6,071 nt of DNA from a virus: positions 1 to 6,071 of IMG/VR virus record IMGVR_UViG_3300020041_000022, one strand, 5' to 3'. Positions 4,163 to 6,071 of this stretch are shown here, one piece after another. Both the position numbers and the translations under genes were made by a program. The first letter of the stretch is position 1; each line of letters begins with the position of its first letter. The notes beneath the pieces were generated by a model. The model had not been told where the DNA came from and made no database searches. It saw nothing but the letters and a program-made list of their open reading frames with translations.

Positions 4163-5232
4163 TGCCCTGCTCTTCTCCCATATGGATACGCAACCGTCGT
4201 TATTTCGACAAGAAGAACCCTTGTCGCAATGGCTCTGATGTTGCCAAGTCTGCTTTGGCTCTTCGCCCTTGGGATATTGCTCGCCAATGGCTCATGGTCC
4301 CCTGCGGCAAATGTGAAGACTGCTTGCGCCGCCAGCGTAATGATTGGTTCGTTCGGCTAGAGCGTGAACTCGCTCGTTGTAAGGCCGATAGCCAGCAGGC
4401 GATATTTGTTACCATTACGATTGCCCCTAAGTATTACCAAGAGGCCCTTCTTGACCCGGCTCGTTTTATTCGACGATGGAATGAGCGCGTTCGTCATAAT
4501 CTCGGCCACTCCTTTAAACATGCGTTTTTTCAGGAGTTTGGCACCCACCCTGAGATCGGCTCCGAGCCGCGTCTTCATTTTCACGGTTTTCTTTTTGGAA
4601 CTAACGTTTTATACAACGAAATTCGAAAGGCCGTCGGAGACCTTGGTTTCGTTTGGCTCGGTAAAGGTACACACAGGCGTGCACGATATGTTGTTAAATA
4701 TGTTACTAAACAAATTCAGTTTAAACCCGAAGACGTTTCGGATAAATTTGTTACCATAAATGGAAAAGCTACACCTCTATCTTCTCTCCTCCAACATCGC
4801 CGTTATACGCGAAAATTCGTATCTGCTGGCGTTGGTGATTTTCTTGGCTATATGCCTCGCCCTTCTGCCCGTACTTCGACGTGGTCTTATTTTGATTTTG
4901 AGAAGCGTATCAATTACAATTACTCGATTCCTCGATACTATCTTAGATATCTTAAACCGGAGGACGACGTTGTTCGCTCGATTACTGCTGCTGATGCTTA
5001 TTCACGTTTTAGCAAGTCTCCTCTGGTTAAGCGTATTGTGTCTCTGTGTGTTGACCGGTTCTCTCTCAATTCCTCCGTATCCCGTAGAGAGATGTATACG
5101 TGGGAGCAGAAGCAAATGATGCGTTTTTCTGCTTCTTCTCGCAAGATGCCTGATTTCGATCCCCCTACTTGGCTAGATTTGGACATTCTCCAATTCTGGC
5201 AAGATCATTACAAACTTCAACTAAACATTTAA
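4162..5232 (+). CDS. VP4: Rolling-circle replication initiation protein (HUH endonuclease, Microviridae VP4 / phiX174 A-like), 356 aa
   Basis: Motif I is FVTITI (4405..4422). Motif II, the HUH motif, is LHFHGFLF with H-F-H at 4576..4584. Motif III is RYVVKYVTK with two tyrosines spaced Y-x-x-x-Y (tat 4687..4689 and tat 4699..4701), as in the phiX174 A active site YVAKYVNK. There is also a Cys cluster, PCGKCEDCLRRQRNDW. I prefer ATG 4162 (MPCSSPIWIRN...) to the TTG at 4141 used by the ORF track. Stop is TAA 5230..5232. Confidence 0.9.
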   Translation: MPCSSPIWIRNRRYFDKKNPCRNGSDVAKSALALRPWDIARQWLMVPCGKCEDCLRRQRNDWFVRLERELARCKADSQQAIFVTITIAPKYYQEALLDPARFIRRWNERVRHNLGHSFKHAFFQEFGTHPEIGSEPRLHFHGFLFGTNVLYNEIRKAVGDLGFVWLGKGTHRRARYVVKYVTKQIQFKPEDVSDKFVTINGKATPLSSLLQHRRYTRKFVSAGVGDFLGYMPRPSARTSTWSYFDFEKRINYNYSIPRYYLRYLKPEDDVVRSITAADAYSRFSKSPLVKRIVSLCVDRFSLNSSVSRREMYTWEQKQMMRFSASSRKMPDFDPPTWLDLDILQFWQDHYKLQLNI

Positions 5233-5235
5233 TTT

Positions 5236-6071
5236 ATGGGAAAACAACCCTTCATCTCTCATGCCGTAAATGGTTATTCTCGGTACGATGTTCCTGAGAG
5301 TAAGGCTTTTACGTGTACGCCGGGTATTTTATACCCAGTGCGAATTGATTTTATTAATGCCCGCGACCGCGTTTCTATCGAGCAGGGTATTGACGTCCGT
5401 AGCAACGCCTTGGCTGTTCCGTCGTTCAATCCCTACACTATTCGTTTGCACCGTTTTTGGGTGCCGCTTCAGCTGTATCATCCTGAGTTGAGGACGAATA
5501 GCAGTAAGTTCGATATGAATGATTTGAGTTTGAATTTTATTGCCGCTTCTTCTACTGGTTCGTACGAATTCACGACAAATAATTATCCTTATTCTAACTC
5601 GCTGCTTCGTTGGTTGCGTGTCGTTCCTGCGACTATACCGACCCCGACCTCGAGCAATGTTCCTGTGTCTGCCAATCTTACAACGGCTCAGTTGGCGTAC
5701 CCTTTAGGCTGGTGTAATGCCGATTCTTATCTTGCTTATTGGGACATTGTTCGCAATTACTACAGTTATTCCCAGTGGGGACTCTATTCTTTCGCTTGGC
5801 CTAGTAGTTGGTATTTCATCCCCAATAGCACCGGTACTGCGTATAATGTTCCTCAGTTCAGTGACATGTCGACGTTTTTCTCGCAAAGATTCGGAAATCT
5901 CGAATTCCTCGATGCTTATTTTGAGAGTCAGTTCTATCCTTCGTCTGTGCCGTCGTCGAACAATACATATAACAGAGGAAATCTTTTTTCTCAGATATTG
6001 CTTTCAGACCTTGGCGCTACGATTACCGCATCCAGGGATGGCTACCCTGTCTCTACTATCTATCCCGGAAA
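5236..6071 (+). CDS. VP1: Major capsid protein (Microviridae F/VP1 family), N-terminal part; open at the window edge and continued at 1..1076
   Basis: ATG 5236 lies 3 nt after the Rep stop. I translated it by hand and found no in-frame stop through 6071; it is presumably absent from the ORF track because it is open-ended. The blocks FTCTPGILYPVRIDFINARDRVSI, VPSFNPYTIRLHRFWVPLQLY and YLAYWDIVRNYY resemble the conserved N-terminal blocks of microvirus capsid proteins. The full circular ORF is 1,791 nt (596 aa). Confidence 0.9.
   Translation, partial: MGKQPFISHAVNGYSRYDVPESKAFTCTPGILYPVRIDFINARDRVSIEQGIDVRSNALAVPSFNPYTIRLHRFWVPLQLYHPELRTNSSKFDMNDLSLNFIAASSTGSYEFTTNNYPYSNSLLRWLRVVPATIPTPTSSNVPVSANLTTAQLAYPLGWCNADSYLAYWDIVRNYYSYSQWGLYSFAWPSSWYFIPNSTGTAYNVPQFSDMSTFFSQRFGNLEFLDAYFESQFYPSSVPSSNNTYNRGNLFSQILLSDLGATITASRDGYPVSTIYPG
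5951..6071. repeat. Terminal direct repeat, right copy (exact duplicate of 1..121)
   Basis: Read directly; see the left copy. Confidence 0.95.

Noticed and set aside
3972-4238. 88-aa ORF with two hydrophobic helices spanning the small ORF and the Rep start (possible holin- or E-like peptide)
   Set aside because: It has a TTG start and no T3 codon bias of its own. It lies in the +1 frame of 3962..4162, so its hydrophobicity and openness follow from the T-rich third positions of that gene, as for the other shadow ORFs. It cannot be distinguished from a compositional artefact without comparative data.
3655-4750. Additional TAnnTTTG boxes (TATGTTTG 3655..3662, TAAATTTG 4132..4139, TAAATTTG 4743..4750)
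   Set aside because: None has a TTTG/TTG element at the roughly 19-nt spacing. About two to three occurrences are expected by chance in this T-rich genome. Box 3655 would fire straight into the terminator. Box 4132 remains a weak candidate for a Rep promoter but is not strong enough to annotate.
3968-4899. 13-nt exact repeat TTATTTTGATTTT at 3968..3980 and 4887..4899 (both encode YFDF)
   Set aside because: One such match is roughly what chance predicts for a T-rich 6-kb genome. No flanking similarity suggests duplication or recombination.
5230-5238. Rep and capsid genes in the same reading frame, separated only by TAA-TTT (possible readthrough fusion)
   Set aside because: Sharing a frame has a one-in-three chance. 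TAA is the least leaky stop, I see no readthrough context or downstream structure, and a Rep-capsid fusion has no precedent.
61-5491. The remaining + strand alternative-frame ORFs (61..483, 685..963, 1103..1408, 1519..1707, 2378..2575, 3139..3375, 3567..3755, 4364..4759, 5270..5491)
   Set aside because: All are +1-frame shadows of real genes, mostly with TTG/GTG starts and Leu/Phe/Ile/Arg/Ser-rich products. They are expected from third-position T bias.
408-5886. Minus-strand ORFs inside genes (408..746, 771..1079, 1090..1341, 1943..2128, 2007..2261, 4200..4415, 4357..4584, 4998..5186, 5704..5886)
   Set aside because: They are short, fully antisense to well-supported genes, and have low-complexity or basic products with no motifs. 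Microviridae genomes are transcribed from one strand.

Overview
The window holds one complete, circularly permuted genome of a small ssDNA phage of the family Microviridae, unit length 5,950 nt. Bases 1..121 are repeated exactly at 5951..6071. The major capsid ORF opens at ATG 5236, runs off the right edge, and continues in frame into 1..1076. All eight genes I can support are on the + strand. In circular order they are: an HUH rolling-circle Rep (VP4/A-like, 4162..5232); the capsid (VP1/F-like, 596 aa across the junction); a 98-aa acidic protein; a 63-aa predicted lipoprotein; a 418-aa pilot protein (VP2/H-like); two ORFans of 106 and 107 aa; and a 66-aa ORF whose stop overlaps the Rep start (TGATG). 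The two ORFans are bracketed by a Bacteroides-type promoter and the only strong intrinsic terminator. No start codon has a Shine-Dalgarno sequence. Together with the TTTG-N19-TAnnTTTG promoter, this points to a Bacteroidota host (Alpavirinae-like lifestyle); that is inference. Four items deserve a second look. (1) A 243-nt non-coding region whose downstream part is GC-rich, packed with hairpins, including a perfect 42-nt three-way junction and five copies of CGAAG; it is a candidate ssDNA origin or priming element. (2) A tiny lipoprotein gene abutting the pilot gene, a candidate lysis or exclusion factor. (3) A moron-like two-gene accessory cassette. (4) Alternative + strand ORFs that all sit in the +1 frame of real genes. 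I had no search tools, so every family assignment rests on motifs read by eye.
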